From contig NC_011979.1 in the NCBI RefSeq assembly GCF_000022265.1, positions 2,790,001-2,822,000 on the forward strand: 32,000 nucleotides of DNA. The letters run 5' to 3'. The translations under genes and the position numbers were made by a program. The stretch is from Geotalea daltonii FRC-32 (GTDB lineage Bacteria > Desulfobacterota > Desulfuromonadia > Geobacterales > Geobacteraceae). The notes under the pieces are model-generated. The model was not told where the DNA came from, made no database searches, and saw nothing but the letters and a program-made list of their open reading frames with translations. Numbering within the stretch: the stretch's first letter is position 1; the number at the start of each line of letters is the position of its first letter. Of this stretch, positions 1 through 9,008 are shown in pieces.

Positions 1-2
1 CC

Positions 3-1532
3 ATGAGTTACTTCGACAACAAGGTCCCTCCCAAGCGTGAGGATCGACTGAAAGCAGTCATTGCCCATGAGGACACCATCTGCAACATGGCCAGAAAGGC
101 TGGCGGCAAGAGCTGCCTGATCGACGACGGGGAGCGGGGCTTCACCCAGGGATCAATCTGCCTGCTGCTGCCGGCGTTGGCCATGCTCAATACTCTGCCG
201 GACAACGTGGTGCTTCTGCACAGCGCCCTGGGATGCGGTTCCTGTACCCACTCCCAGAACGCCAATGTGCGGGTGGGGAGCAATATTCGCCAGGGTAAGG
301 CGAAAGACGGCATCTGGCTTTCCACGGCACTGGATGAGACCGACGTCATCAGCGGCGGCGAGCCGAAGCTGGAACAGGCCATCATCGAGGCCGACCGGCG
401 TTATCGTCCGTCGACTATTGCCATTGTGGCGGGCTGCGTGCCCGGCATCATCGGTGATGATATCGATGGCGTGGCGCTGAAGATCCAGCCCCAGGTTAAC
501 GCCAGACTGCTGCCGGTTCACTGCGAAGGCTTCAAGACCAAGATCTGGGCCACCGCCTATGACGCGGTTTACCATACCATCGGCCGCAATCTGCTGGAGG
601 AGCGGGGAATACATGATCCTGCACCGGAAGACGAACTTGCCGTGTTCCTGGAGCAGCAGCGCCTTGCCCGAACCGTCAACCTGATGAATGTCTCTTCCAT
701 GGGACGGGTCGACGAACAGGAACTGGAGCGGCTTCTCAATTCCATCGGCCTGGAAACCAATGTTTTTCCCGTTTTCTCCCATCCGGATTCCTTCATCAAG
801 GCCACACGGGCGGCCCTGTCCATCAGCACCTGCCCGACCCACGACGATTACTTCCTCGGCTATCTGCAGGAGCGCTTCAAGGTGCCGTCCATCATCAGGC
901 ATATGCCCATCGGCATTGATAACACAAGCCTCTGGCTGCGGGACGTTGCAGCTGTTTTCGGCGCTGAAGAGCAGGCGGAGCGGCTCATTGCCGCCGAAGT
1001 TGCGGAACTGAAAGAAGCATTGGGGGAATTCCGCCCCCTGTTCGAAGGGAAGAAGGTTTTTGTAAGTGCCGGTGAGTTCCGTGCCCTGGCCACTTCCCGG
1101 CTATTACAGGAAATAGGGCTGGAAGTGGTGGGAATCCGCTCCTTCCACCATGATGACTTCGCCAATGTGGAATATGAGAAATTGGCCGGTGAGGCCAAAA
1201 GCGACTATGTGGTGGACATTGCCAATGTCCAGCCCTTCGAGGAGGCAAACCTGCTCAAGCGGCTGAAACCGGACCTGTTCCTGGGACATGCAAACGGCAA
1301 CATGACCGCTGCCAAGCTGGGCATCCCCACCCATGTCATCTACAATACCGGTCTTTCTTACATCGGTTACCGGGGTGTTTACGAGGTCGCCCGCAGGCTG
1401 CATCGCCAGCTGAAGAATCCGTCTTACAACCGGAACCTGTCCCAAAACACCAGGCTCCCCTATACGGAGAACTGGTATGGGGCCGAGCCGTTTTCCTATC
1501 TGAATACCAGCGGGAGGGCTGTCAATGAGTGA
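3..1532 (+). CDS. Nitrogenase component-1-type oxidoreductase, NifD/NifE-like subunit
   Basis: 509-aa ORF. Three Cys sit in NifD/E-like cluster-ligand contexts (GFTQGSIC, HSALGCGSC, IVAGCVPGIIGDD), plus a PVHCEGFK motif resembling NifD VRCEGFRG. The stop overlaps the next start by 8 nt (ATGAGTGA). Confidence 0.8.
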   Translation: MSYFDNKVPPKREDRLKAVIAHEDTICNMARKAGGKSCLIDDGERGFTQGSICLLLPALAMLNTLPDNVVLLHSALGCGSCTHSQNANVRVGSNIRQGKAKDGIWLSTALDETDVISGGEPKLEQAIIEADRRYRPSTIAIVAGCVPGIIGDDIDGVALKIQPQVNARLLPVHCEGFKTKIWATAYDAVYHTIGRNLLEERGIHDPAPEDELAVFLEQQRLARTVNLMNVSSMGRVDEQELERLLNSIGLETNVFPVFSHPDSFIKATRAALSISTCPTHDDYFLGYLQERFKVPSIIRHMPIGIDNTSLWLRDVAAVFGAEEQAERLIAAEVAELKEALGEFRPLFEGKKVFVSAGEFRALATSRLLQEIGLEVVGIRSFHHDDFANVEYEKLAGEAKSDYVVDIANVQPFEEANLLKRLKPDLFLGHANGNMTAAKLGIPTHVIYNTGLSYIGYRGVYEVARRLHRQLKNPSYNRNLSQNTRLPYTENWYGAEPFSYLNTSGRAVNE

Positions 1533-2868
1533 GCATTTCGTCGAACGGGCACGTTACATGTGTTCTTTGGGGGGGGCGACCGGCACCGTAACCGCCCTGC
1601 CTGGTGCTATCCCGATTCTCCATTCCGCATCGGGCTGCGCCGGCAATTTCGCCTGGACCCAGAACGGCGGCAGCGGCCTTCAAGTGGGGGGATACTGCGG
1701 CTCTCTGACTGTTCCCAGTTCCAATATGCAGGAGAATGAAGTCGTCTTCGGCGGCGAGGATCGCCTGCGGGAACAGATTGCCAGCACCCTGAAAGTCATG
1801 GATGGCGGCCTGTACGTGGTCCTGACCGGCTGTGTGCCCGAGATGATCGGTGATGACATCTTTGCCGTCGTTAATGATTTCCGTGAAGAGGGTGCCCCGA
1901 TTATCGGCGCCATCACCGGCGGTTTCCGCGGCAACTCCTATTGGGGATACGACCTGGTGCTGCAGGCTTTGGTGAAGGATTTCCTTACTAGAGGCTTGTC
2001 CAAGGTGAAGGGGAAGGTCAACCTGTGGGGGATCGTTCCCTACATGGACCCCTTCTGGCGCGGCAACCTGGAAGGAGCCCGCCGGTTGCTGGAACTTTTG
2101 GGGCTTCAGGTCAATACCTTTTTCACCCCTGCCGATACCCTGGACAACATCCGCAGGGCCGGCGAAGCGGAACTCAATGTCATTGTCTCCGATATATACG
2201 GCCATGAAGCTGCCCGGCACTTTCAGGAGCGGCACGGCACTCCTTACCTGACTTTGCCGCTGCCCATCGGGCCATCGGCATCGGAGGAGTTTCTCCGGGT
2301 GGTGGGCGATGAACTGGGGCTTGCGGCAGATCAGGTGGATGGTGTCATTGCCGGGGAGAAGAAGCATTATTACCAGATCCTGGAGCCGCTCACCGATTGC
2401 TATAACGATCTGGACCTGCAGCGCTATGCGGTAGTGGTGGGTGACGGCAACTATGCCGTGGCCTTGAGCCGTTTCCTTGCCGATGACCTGGGCTGGCTGC
2501 CCGAACTTACCGTCTGTACCGACCAGGTGAAAGATGATGAGAGGGAAGCTATTTCAGCCCGGATAGATGGTTTTACCTCCGGCTACCGGACGAATCTAGT
2601 TTTCGAGACCGATGCCAGTGAGGTGCTGGGGCACTTTAATCGCCACTGGCCGCGTTCCAAGGGCGAGAAATATTACAACGCCTTCAGTCCGGCATTCGTC
2701 GTGGGAAGTTCTCTGGAGCGTGAGCTGGCGCTGCAGTTGGGAGCACCGCACCTTTCGGTATCGTTCCCGGTGGCAAACCGGGCGGTGCTTGATCGTGGAT
2801 ATACCGGCTTTCGCGGGGGCTTGCGGCTGGCTGAGGACTTGTTTTCTGCTGTGGTTGCCAACAGGTGA
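1525..2868 (+). CDS. Nitrogenase component-1-type oxidoreductase, NifK/NifN-like subunit
   Basis: 447-aa ORF with a GGGAGG RBS. Cys contexts are YMCSLGG, HSASGCAGN and LTGCVPEMIGDDI, as in the beta-type partner of D/K-like heterotetramers. Translationally coupled to the upstream ORF. Confidence 0.75.
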   Translation: MSEHFVERARYMCSLGGATGTVTALPGAIPILHSASGCAGNFAWTQNGGSGLQVGGYCGSLTVPSSNMQENEVVFGGEDRLREQIASTLKVMDGGLYVVLTGCVPEMIGDDIFAVVNDFREEGAPIIGAITGGFRGNSYWGYDLVLQALVKDFLTRGLSKVKGKVNLWGIVPYMDPFWRGNLEGARRLLELLGLQVNTFFTPADTLDNIRRAGEAELNVIVSDIYGHEAARHFQERHGTPYLTLPLPIGPSASEEFLRVVGDELGLAADQVDGVIAGEKKHYYQILEPLTDCYNDLDLQRYAVVVGDGNYAVALSRFLADDLGWLPELTVCTDQVKDDEREAISARIDGFTSGYRTNLVFETDASEVLGHFNRHWPRSKGEKYYNAFSPAFVVGSSLERELALQLGAPHLSVSFPVANRAVLDRGYTGFRGGLRLAEDLFSAVVANR

Positions 2869-2891
2869 AAATGATAAGAGGAGAAAATTAT

Positions 2892-3557
2892 ATGTCAGCT
2901 GATAAAGAAACCTTATTCAAGCAGTTGGCCGATGCGGTCGTGGATATGGACGAGGATCAGGCCGTAACCACAGCCGATGCGGTGGTTGCGGCAGGGCTTG
3001 ATGCCTACGAAGCCATCGAAAAGGGGCTCTCTGCCGGTATGGAGCGAGCCGGACAGCTCTTCGACGAAGAGGAATACTTCATTCCGGAACTGCTCATGTG
3101 TTCAGATGCCATGTATGCGGGCATGGATGTGCTCAAGCCCCATATCAGGCAGGATGCAGTGGCGGAAAAGCGGCGGGTAGTTATCGGCGTCATTCAGGGA
3201 GATACCCACGACATCGGCAAGAACCTGGTAAAGATCATGCTGGAGACATCCGGCTTCGAGGTGACCGACTTAGGAAGGGATATCCCGCCGGCACGTTTTG
3301 TCGATGCCGCCAAAGAGATCAAAGCGGACATCATTGCCCTTTCCACCCTGATGACCACCACCATGGACGGGATGGGGGAGGTTGTACGGCAGCTGAACGA
3401 CCAGGGGCTGCGGGACAAATTCAAGGTGATCGTCGGCGGCGGCCCAATCTCCCAAGGATTCGCCGACCGGATCGGCGCCGACGGTTATGCAATTAATGCT
3501 GCCGATGCCGTCCGTCTGGCCAGAAGGCTGACCTCTCCTGATGTGGCGGCAGCCTGA
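2892..3557 (+). CDS. Cobalamin-binding corrinoid protein (MtaC/MtbC/MtsB-like)
   Basis: B12-binding signature DxHxxG (DTHDIGKNLV), then SxL (ALSTLMTTT) and a GG (VIVGGGPIS). There is an N-terminal helical cap region. Start chosen at ATG 2892, behind AAGAGGAG, rather than the GTG at 2865. Confidence 0.85.
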   Translation: MSADKETLFKQLADAVVDMDEDQAVTTADAVVAAGLDAYEAIEKGLSAGMERAGQLFDEEEYFIPELLMCSDAMYAGMDVLKPHIRQDAVAEKRRVVIGVIQGDTHDIGKNLVKIMLETSGFEVTDLGRDIPPARFVDAAKEIKADIIALSTLMTTTMDGMGEVVRQLNDQGLRDKFKVIVGGGPISQGFADRIGADGYAINAADAVRLARRLTSPDVAAA

Positions 3558-4603
3558 TGGGCGAGGATAAAATGAAACCACTGGAGCGTCTTTCTGCTTA
3601 CGGCAAGGGGGAAACCATCGACCGGTTGCCATGTGTTCCCATTGTGGGAAATACGGCTGCCAGGGTGATCGGGGTAAAGGTTGGCCAATTCCGCGGCAAT
3701 GGGCCGCTGATCGCCCAGGCGCAGATTGCCGCTTACCAGCTGTTCGGCTACGACATCATTCGCATCTTCACCGATCTTTACACCCAGGCAGAAGCCATGG
3801 GGGCGAAGGTGCATTATCCTGAGGACGAAACTGCCTATCTTGAAGCTCCCGCCATCAATGACCTTGCTCATTTGGACCGTCTGCAGCCGGCGGACCCTTA
3901 TCGGGACGGAAATCTCCCGCACCACCTGGAGGCGATCGGAATTGCCGTGGACCGGCTAGGGACAGAAGTGGCGGTAACCGGGGCGATTACCTGCCCATTC
4001 ACCAATGCCTCGTTCCTGGTGGGGGCTGAGACCCTGGCGAGGCTGATGCTCAAGGAACCGGATAAGGTACACCGGCTTTGCGAGGTATCCCTTGAAACCT
4101 GTCTGCGCTATGCCGCCGCCATTATCGACGCAGGCGCTACGCCAAGTCTGACCGATGCCATGTCATCGTCAACGGTCATCAGTCCACGTCAGTTCAGGGA
4201 ATTTTCACTGCCGTATCTGAAACGGCTTATGGACTTCATCCACGGCAAAGGAAAGGGCGCCACCCTCCATATCTGCGGTAAAACGGCGAAGATCTGGGAA
4301 TCCATGGTGGAGGCAGGCGCTGACTGCCTCAGCATCGACAACGATGCCAGCCTTACCGAGGCAAAGCTGGCGGTGGGAGAGCGGGTGCGGCTGATGGGCA
4401 ATATCCATCCTTCTGCGGTGATGCTGCAGGGGACACCGGCAGATGTGCGCCGGGCTACCCTTTCATGTATCCGCGAAGCCCACGATAATCCTAAAGGCCT
4501 CATTGTTGCCTCGGGCTGCAGCCTCCCTACCGAGACACCTTTCCAGAACATTGCGGCCATGATGGAGACGGTGCGGGCCGTGGGATGGCCGGTGCGGTTT
4601 TAA
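3557..4603 (+). CDS. Uroporphyrinogen-decarboxylase-family (MtaA/CmuA/MtsA-like) corrinoid methyltransferase
   Basis: 348-aa ORF with URO-D-like length and layout. Zinc triad context H-x-C...C (ATLHICGK ... IVASGCSLP). The start overlaps the previous stop (TGATG); an alternative ATG lies at 3572 behind GAGGAT. Confidence 0.75.
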   Translation: MGEDKMKPLERLSAYGKGETIDRLPCVPIVGNTAARVIGVKVGQFRGNGPLIAQAQIAAYQLFGYDIIRIFTDLYTQAEAMGAKVHYPEDETAYLEAPAINDLAHLDRLQPADPYRDGNLPHHLEAIGIAVDRLGTEVAVTGAITCPFTNASFLVGAETLARLMLKEPDKVHRLCEVSLETCLRYAAAIIDAGATPSLTDAMSSSTVISPRQFREFSLPYLKRLMDFIHGKGKGATLHICGKTAKIWESMVEAGADCLSIDNDASLTEAKLAVGERVRLMGNIHPSAVMLQGTPADVRRATLSCIREAHDNPKGLIVASGCSLPTETPFQNIAAMMETVRAVGWPVRF

Positions 4604-4605
4604 TT

Positions 4606-4700
4606 CCCCCGCCCTTTATGGGAGGGGGTTAGGGGGAGGGCTCACATGCTACAATGCCATCCCCCTCTCCCTAACCCTCTCCCACCAGGGAAGAGGGGAC
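4606..4700. repeat. REP-like G/C-rich palindromic element between the two methyltransferase genes
   Basis: CCCCCGCCC-tttatg-GGGAGGGGG hairpin. Next comes GGTTAGGGGGAGGG (4628-4641) pairing with CCCTCTCCCTAACC (4663-4676), with one G.T position. It translates into the PLPNPLPPGKRG-type peptide typical of REP-derived false ORF extensions. Confidence 0.7.
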
Positions 4701-4720
4701 TTCTTGTAAGAGGTCTTTTT

Positions 4721-5743
4721 ATGAGTCTAAGTCCCAAGCAGCGCCTGCTGGATACAGTAAAGAAAAAGAAGGTCGACCGGCCGCCGGTAATCTGCACCGG
4801 CGGCATGATGAACGCTGCCATTGTCGATGTCATGGACAGAAGCGGGCATACTCTGCCCGAGGGGCACTTCAACAGCGATTTGATGGCCGCCATCGCCACC
4901 GATGTCCACAAGGATACCGGTTTCGAAAACCTGGGCATCCCTTTTTGCATGACCGTGGAGGCGGAGGTGCTCGGCAGCGACATCGACTTCGGCACCCTTG
5001 CCTGTGAACCGAAGATCGCTCGGGAACCATTCCCGTCGGTCAGGGATGTGGTATACCGGGATATTGACCGCATGCTCGGCAGCGGACGGATCCTAACGCT
5101 GGCCGGGGCAGCGGAGCGGCTGGCGAAGGCCCATCCCGACGTGCCGGTCATCGGCAGCGTCACCGGCCCCATCAGTACTGCGGCGTCCATTGTGGATCCC
5201 ATGCAGTTTCTCAAGGAACTTCGCAAGGAGCGCGAGGGGGCCAACAGGGTGCTGGATTATGTGAGTGACTTTCTTGTCGCTTTTGCCAGGATTTTGGTGG
5301 AGAGCGGCGCCACTGCCATCTGCATCGGCGACCCGACAGCCACCGGTGAGATTCTGGGACCGAAGATGTTTTCCGACTACGCCGTGACCTATCTCAACAA
5401 GGTGATTGACGGTATCCATGCCACTGGTGTGCCGGTCCTGGTGCATATCTGCGGCGAGATGAAGGCGGTCAAGCCCTCCATTCCACTCCTCCGTGCCGAT
5501 GCCATCAGTACCGACGCTTTCGTCAACCTGCGCCTTCTGAAAGAAGAATATCCGCAGCTGACTACCATGGGCAATGTCAGCACTTTTCTTCTGGAACTGG
5601 GAGACCCGGACAAGGTGGCTCGCCATACGGAAGGGCTGGTGCGCGAAGGCATCGATATCATTTCACCCGCCTGCGGTCTGAGCACCGCGTCACCGATTTC
5701 CAATATCCGGGCCATGACCTCGGTTGTGAAGGAGCCCGCCTAA
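4721..5743 (+). CDS. Uroporphyrinogen-decarboxylase-family (MtaA-like) corrinoid methyltransferase, second paralogue
   Basis: Start moved to ATG 4721 (MSLSPKQ, RBS AAGAGG) because 4646-4720 is REP sequence. Zinc triad context VLVHICGE ... IISPACGLS. Confidence 0.75.
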   Translation: MSLSPKQRLLDTVKKKKVDRPPVICTGGMMNAAIVDVMDRSGHTLPEGHFNSDLMAAIATDVHKDTGFENLGIPFCMTVEAEVLGSDIDFGTLACEPKIAREPFPSVRDVVYRDIDRMLGSGRILTLAGAAERLAKAHPDVPVIGSVTGPISTAASIVDPMQFLKELRKEREGANRVLDYVSDFLVAFARILVESGATAICIGDPTATGEILGPKMFSDYAVTYLNKVIDGIHATGVPVLVHICGEMKAVKPSIPLLRADAISTDAFVNLRLLKEEYPQLTTMGNVSTFLLELGDPDKVARHTEGLVREGIDIISPACGLSTASPISNIRAMTSVVKEPA

Positions 5744-5744
5744 G

Positions 5745-7415
5745 ATGGTAAATGTTCGTTTTCTTCCAGCCGATCGCTCCATCACCGTTGAAAAAGGGAC
5801 CACCATCCTGGAAGCGGCGCGGCTGGCCGGTGTCCTTATCGAATCCCCATGTAACGGAGCCGTGGTCTGCGGCAAATGTACAGTTTATCTGGACCCGGAC
5901 TCGTTGCCGCACATCGTCCGGCGCGGAGGCCATCACCTTTCCCAGCGACAGGAGCGGGCCGGGCAGGTTCTCTCCTGCGAGGCGGAGGTGATCGGGGATA
6001 TTGCTGTGGTCCTTCCAGAACTGGCGGAGCAGGATCTGAAAATAACCAGCCATGGCCGTGCCGTGGCCGTAGCCCTGGCGCCGTATGTCATCAAGGAATA
6101 CGTGGCGGAAAGGGATGTAACGCTGGTTTATCATGGAGCGGAAGTTGCCTTGGAGGAAGAAGGGGATACTGCAGGAGACGCATATGGTGTGGTGGTCGAT
6201 ATCGGTACGACTACCTTGGTCGTTTCCATCGTCGATCTGAATAATGGTGTGGAACTGGCCCATTCTTCGGCCCTCAATCCCCAGAGCCGCCATGCCCAGG
6301 ATGTCCTTTCCAGGATCAGGATCGCCTGTGACCAGAAGGGGCTCTCGGAGATGCGGTCCGGTGTGATCGGGGAGATCAACCGGTTGATCGATGAGATCGC
6401 AGGCAAGGCCGGGGTGCGACATGAGCGCATCTATGAGGTAATCTTCAGTGGTAATACCTGCATGCTCCACCTTGCTGCCGGCATTAATCCCCGTTCCCTT
6501 GGCCAGTATCCCTATAAGCCCGAACTGAACGGTGGCAATTGGCTCTCAGGGACAGAGGTGGGGCTTGCCATAGCAAAAAACGGTATCGTTTACCTGCCCC
6601 CCATCATTTCTGCCTACGTGGGGGCCGACATCACTGCCGGATTGCAGGCAGTACGGCTCCACGAGGAGCAGGGGACGGTTCTATTTGTCGACATCGGTAC
6701 CAACGGCGAGATGGCCATTGTCCATAACGGTAAGCTTTGGGCCACTTCCACCGCCGCGGGGCCAGCCTTTGAGGGAATGAACATCACCTTCGGCATGAGG
6801 GCGGGTGAGGGAGCCATCGAACGCTTTGTCATCCTCAAAGACGGCAATATCAGACTCAAGACCATCGGCAATGCTCCGGCTGTGGGCATCTGCGGCAGCG
6901 GTCTCATGGATATCGTCGCCGATCTGGTGGCCCACGGCATCATAACCAAAAATGGCAAGTTTGTTTCGCCTGATGAGCCCAATCTTTTTTCCCCACTTGC
7001 AGCGCGACTTATGAAAGTCGATGGCAAGCCGGTCTTCAGCCTGACCGATAAGGTTTACCTGTCCCAGAAGGACATTCGCCAGGTGCAGCTGGCCAAAGGA
7101 GCGATCCGGGCGGGGGTGGAGTTCCTGCTGCGCCATACGGGGGTAACGGCTGCTGTTCTGGACAAGGTGCTCATTGCAGGTTCCTTCGGTTTCCATCTTA
7201 CCGCCGAAAGCCTTGTCACCATTGGGCTTCTACCTCCCGAAACAGCAGGTTGCATCGAATTTGTCGGCAACACCGCCAAAAGCGGCGGCGAAGCTTTTCT
7301 CCTCAATCGTGACAGTCGCATGGAGATGCAGCAACTGGTAGCAGCGGTTCATGTGGTGGAACTTGTCAACTGTCCCGATTTCGATCGCATTTTCATAGAT
7401 TGCCTTTCCTTTTGA
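5745..7415 (+). CDS. Reductive activase of corrinoid enzymes (RACE/RamA-like; [2Fe-2S] ferredoxin + ASKHA ATPase domain)
   Basis: N-terminal plant-type ferredoxin Cys pattern (SPCNGAVVCGKCTV ... VLSCEA). ASKHA phosphate motifs VVVDIGTTTLVVS and LFVDIGTNGEMAIV. 556 aa, AAGGAG RBS. Confidence 0.8.
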   Translation: MVNVRFLPADRSITVEKGTTILEAARLAGVLIESPCNGAVVCGKCTVYLDPDSLPHIVRRGGHHLSQRQERAGQVLSCEAEVIGDIAVVLPELAEQDLKITSHGRAVAVALAPYVIKEYVAERDVTLVYHGAEVALEEEGDTAGDAYGVVVDIGTTTLVVSIVDLNNGVELAHSSALNPQSRHAQDVLSRIRIACDQKGLSEMRSGVIGEINRLIDEIAGKAGVRHERIYEVIFSGNTCMLHLAAGINPRSLGQYPYKPELNGGNWLSGTEVGLAIAKNGIVYLPPIISAYVGADITAGLQAVRLHEEQGTVLFVDIGTNGEMAIVHNGKLWATSTAAGPAFEGMNITFGMRAGEGAIERFVILKDGNIRLKTIGNAPAVGICGSGLMDIVADLVAHGIITKNGKFVSPDEPNLFSPLAARLMKVDGKPVFSLTDKVYLSQKDIRQVQLAKGAIRAGVEFLLRHTGVTAAVLDKVLIAGSFGFHLTAESLVTIGLLPPETAGCIEFVGNTAKSGGEAFLLNRDSRMEMQQLVAAVHVVELVNCPDFDRIFIDCLSF

Positions 7416-7708
7416 ACAGAGAAGGGGGGGCCTGATTCTGAGCCCTCACTACTGCAGTAAAAAACCAGATCCAGGTTGCCAGATATGTATCCAAAAGTAT
7501 TGCAACCATGGGAAACATGGTGTATATAGGAACAACTTGGATGACGTCTAACATGTTGGATTAACAGCATGTTATTTGGTTTTGTTAAGGTGGGTTGAGG
7601 ACGAGAGATTAGGTTCGTTACCCGGGAGTCGGACGTGCAAATCCTTCTCCCCGCAACCTGAAATTCAAGGGCTTGGACTTATGTCCGAGTCCTTTTTTGT
7701 CGTCTATC

Positions 7709-7866
7709 AGGCTGTTGAAAAACTATTGCGGACCCGCGGGGCCTGAAGGGCCGGTCTGCTGTGTTGCCGCTCACTCGGAAACTCAACGTACATCACGGTA
7801 CGTTTCGCTTCCTCCTTCACTTGAGCCTTGCATCCCGACCTCCTCATCACGTTTTTCAACAACCTG
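7709..7866. repeat. Hairpin-centred intergenic element with terminal inverted repeats GTTGAAAAAC/GTTTTTCAAC
   Basis: TIRs lie at 7714-7723 and 7851-7860. The central hairpin is ACGTAC-atcacg-GTACGT. The layout matches the elements at 9317, 15267 and 26621. Confidence 0.55.
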
Positions 7867-7924
7867 CTATACCCATAAATTAAGATTTTTTTTGCTGGTG
7901 TAGGGCAGGAAAAGGGGTTGGCAC

Positions 7925-8512
7925 GTGTCGGAGGGTAGTACATTCTGGCTGGAAAACAAGCAAGCAGTGGGCACAGTAGCGGCCCTGGTCGGTGACCAGA
8001 AGCTGGTGATTTATCGTGACCGGTATTATATCGTTATTAACGGTGCTGCCGTTGTAAAAGGGGGCAAGCCGCTCCGCTATTCACGGTCGTCCCTGCCGTC
8101 GTTATGGAAGAAGGCGCTGCGCGGCGATATCCCCGCAGTTCAAGTGCCGCCTGTCCCTGAATCGGATATACCTGCAAGGACAGCCGTTTTCAGGAAAGCC
8201 CTGGTCAGGAAAGAAAAGGAGCTATCCATCATGCCTGAATCAAAACCGTCGGCTTCAGCCCCGGAGCTATCACCGGTACACCCGAAGCAGCGCCCATTAA
8301 AGAAATCCACCAGACAGCCCGGCGTCAAGGCAGCAATACAATCGGTAGTCGCCGCCGAGTGTCCCTACTGCAGCCAGAAGCATGAAATCCCGGTGGAGAA
8401 GGGGCGTAGCGGTAAACCTTTTTTCCAGTCCTGCACCAAATGCGCCAGCGACTTCGCGGTCAGATTCGTTCAGGTTACCCTGTTCCAGGCCCAGGTGGCG
8501 GGTTTCAAGTGA
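7925..8512 (+). CDS. Hypothetical protein with C-terminal zinc-ribbon (CPYC...CTKC)
   Basis: 195-aa ORF with a GTG start. It has a Pro/Ser-rich linker and a C-terminal CxxC-N23-CxxC motif (CPYCSQKHEIPVEKGRSGKPFFQSCTKC). Confidence 0.5.
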   Translation: MSEGSTFWLENKQAVGTVAALVGDQKLVIYRDRYYIVINGAAVVKGGKPLRYSRSSLPSLWKKALRGDIPAVQVPPVPESDIPARTAVFRKALVRKEKELSIMPESKPSASAPELSPVHPKQRPLKKSTRQPGVKAAIQSVVAAECPYCSQKHEIPVEKGRSGKPFFQSCTKCASDFAVRFVQVTLFQAQVAGFK

Positions 8513-8525
8513 GAGTGGTAGAGGA

Positions 8526-9005
8526 ATGAACAAAGCAGACCTGCTCCAGTGCATTGTCGCCCAGCTCAGCCACGATCTTGAGGTGCTCTTCAATGCTGCC
8601 AAGACCGCCCATGAAGCTGCCACCCACAGCGAAAACCTGCCGGACAACAAATATGACACTCTCGCTCTTGAAGCATCATATGTGGCACAGGGACAGGCAA
8701 ACCGGGCCAGTGAAATCCGGCAGGCAATGGAAGTTTACAAGCAGCTGAAGCTCCTTTCCATGGATGGTGGTGAAATCCGGCTCACTGCACTGGTCAGGCT
8801 CGAAGCAGAGGACGGTGCATCAAAGACCATCTTTATCGGACCCCTTGAAGGGGGTCTGAAGATTGCATTCGGCCGCGCCGAGGTGGTGGTTATTACTCCA
8901 GGTTCTCCACTGGGAAGTGAGCTTATGGGTAAAACAATCGGTGACGCCGTTCAGGTGGGCATCGGCCCAAACCGGATCGAATACGAAATCGCCGAGGTTT
9001 GCTGA
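8526..9005 (+). CDS. GreA/GreB-family (Rnk-like) transcription factor homologue
   Basis: Start at ATG 8526 behind GGTAGAGGA. The N-terminus is a predicted coiled coil. The C-terminal part (ITPGSPLGSELMGKTIGDAVQV) resembles the GreA C-terminal domain motif SPIGxALxGKxxGD. Confidence 0.65.
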   Translation: MNKADLLQCIVAQLSHDLEVLFNAAKTAHEAATHSENLPDNKYDTLALEASYVAQGQANRASEIRQAMEVYKQLKLLSMDGGEIRLTALVRLEAEDGASKTIFIGPLEGGLKIAFGRAEVVVITPGSPLGSELMGKTIGDAVQVGIGPNRIEYEIAEVC

Positions 9006-9008
9006 GAT

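Noticed and set aside
2892-3557. The idea that the corrinoid protein region is an HgcA/HgcB mercury-methylation pair, given the Geobacter-like context and the nearby metal genes.
   Set aside because: The protein has the MtaC-type DxHxxG His-on motif and no transmembrane domain. It lacks the cap-helix Cys motif of HgcA, and no HgcB-type 2x[4Fe-4S] ferredoxin follows it.
4646-4720. N-terminal extension of the second MtaA-like ORF (MLQCHPPLPNPLPPGKRGLLVRGLF).
   Set aside because: It is encoded by the REP-like palindrome. A good RBS and ATG at 4721 give a normal MtaA N-terminus.
7590-7660. tRNA-like 3' fragment (GGTTCGTTACCC ... GTGCAAATCCTTCTCCCCGCAACC) that might mark an integration site.
   Set aside because: I could not build an acceptor stem, anticodon arm or canonical T-loop (GTTCRANYC). 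The resemblance is limited to a CAAATCC string, so it is not reportable without a tRNA/tmRNA covariance search.
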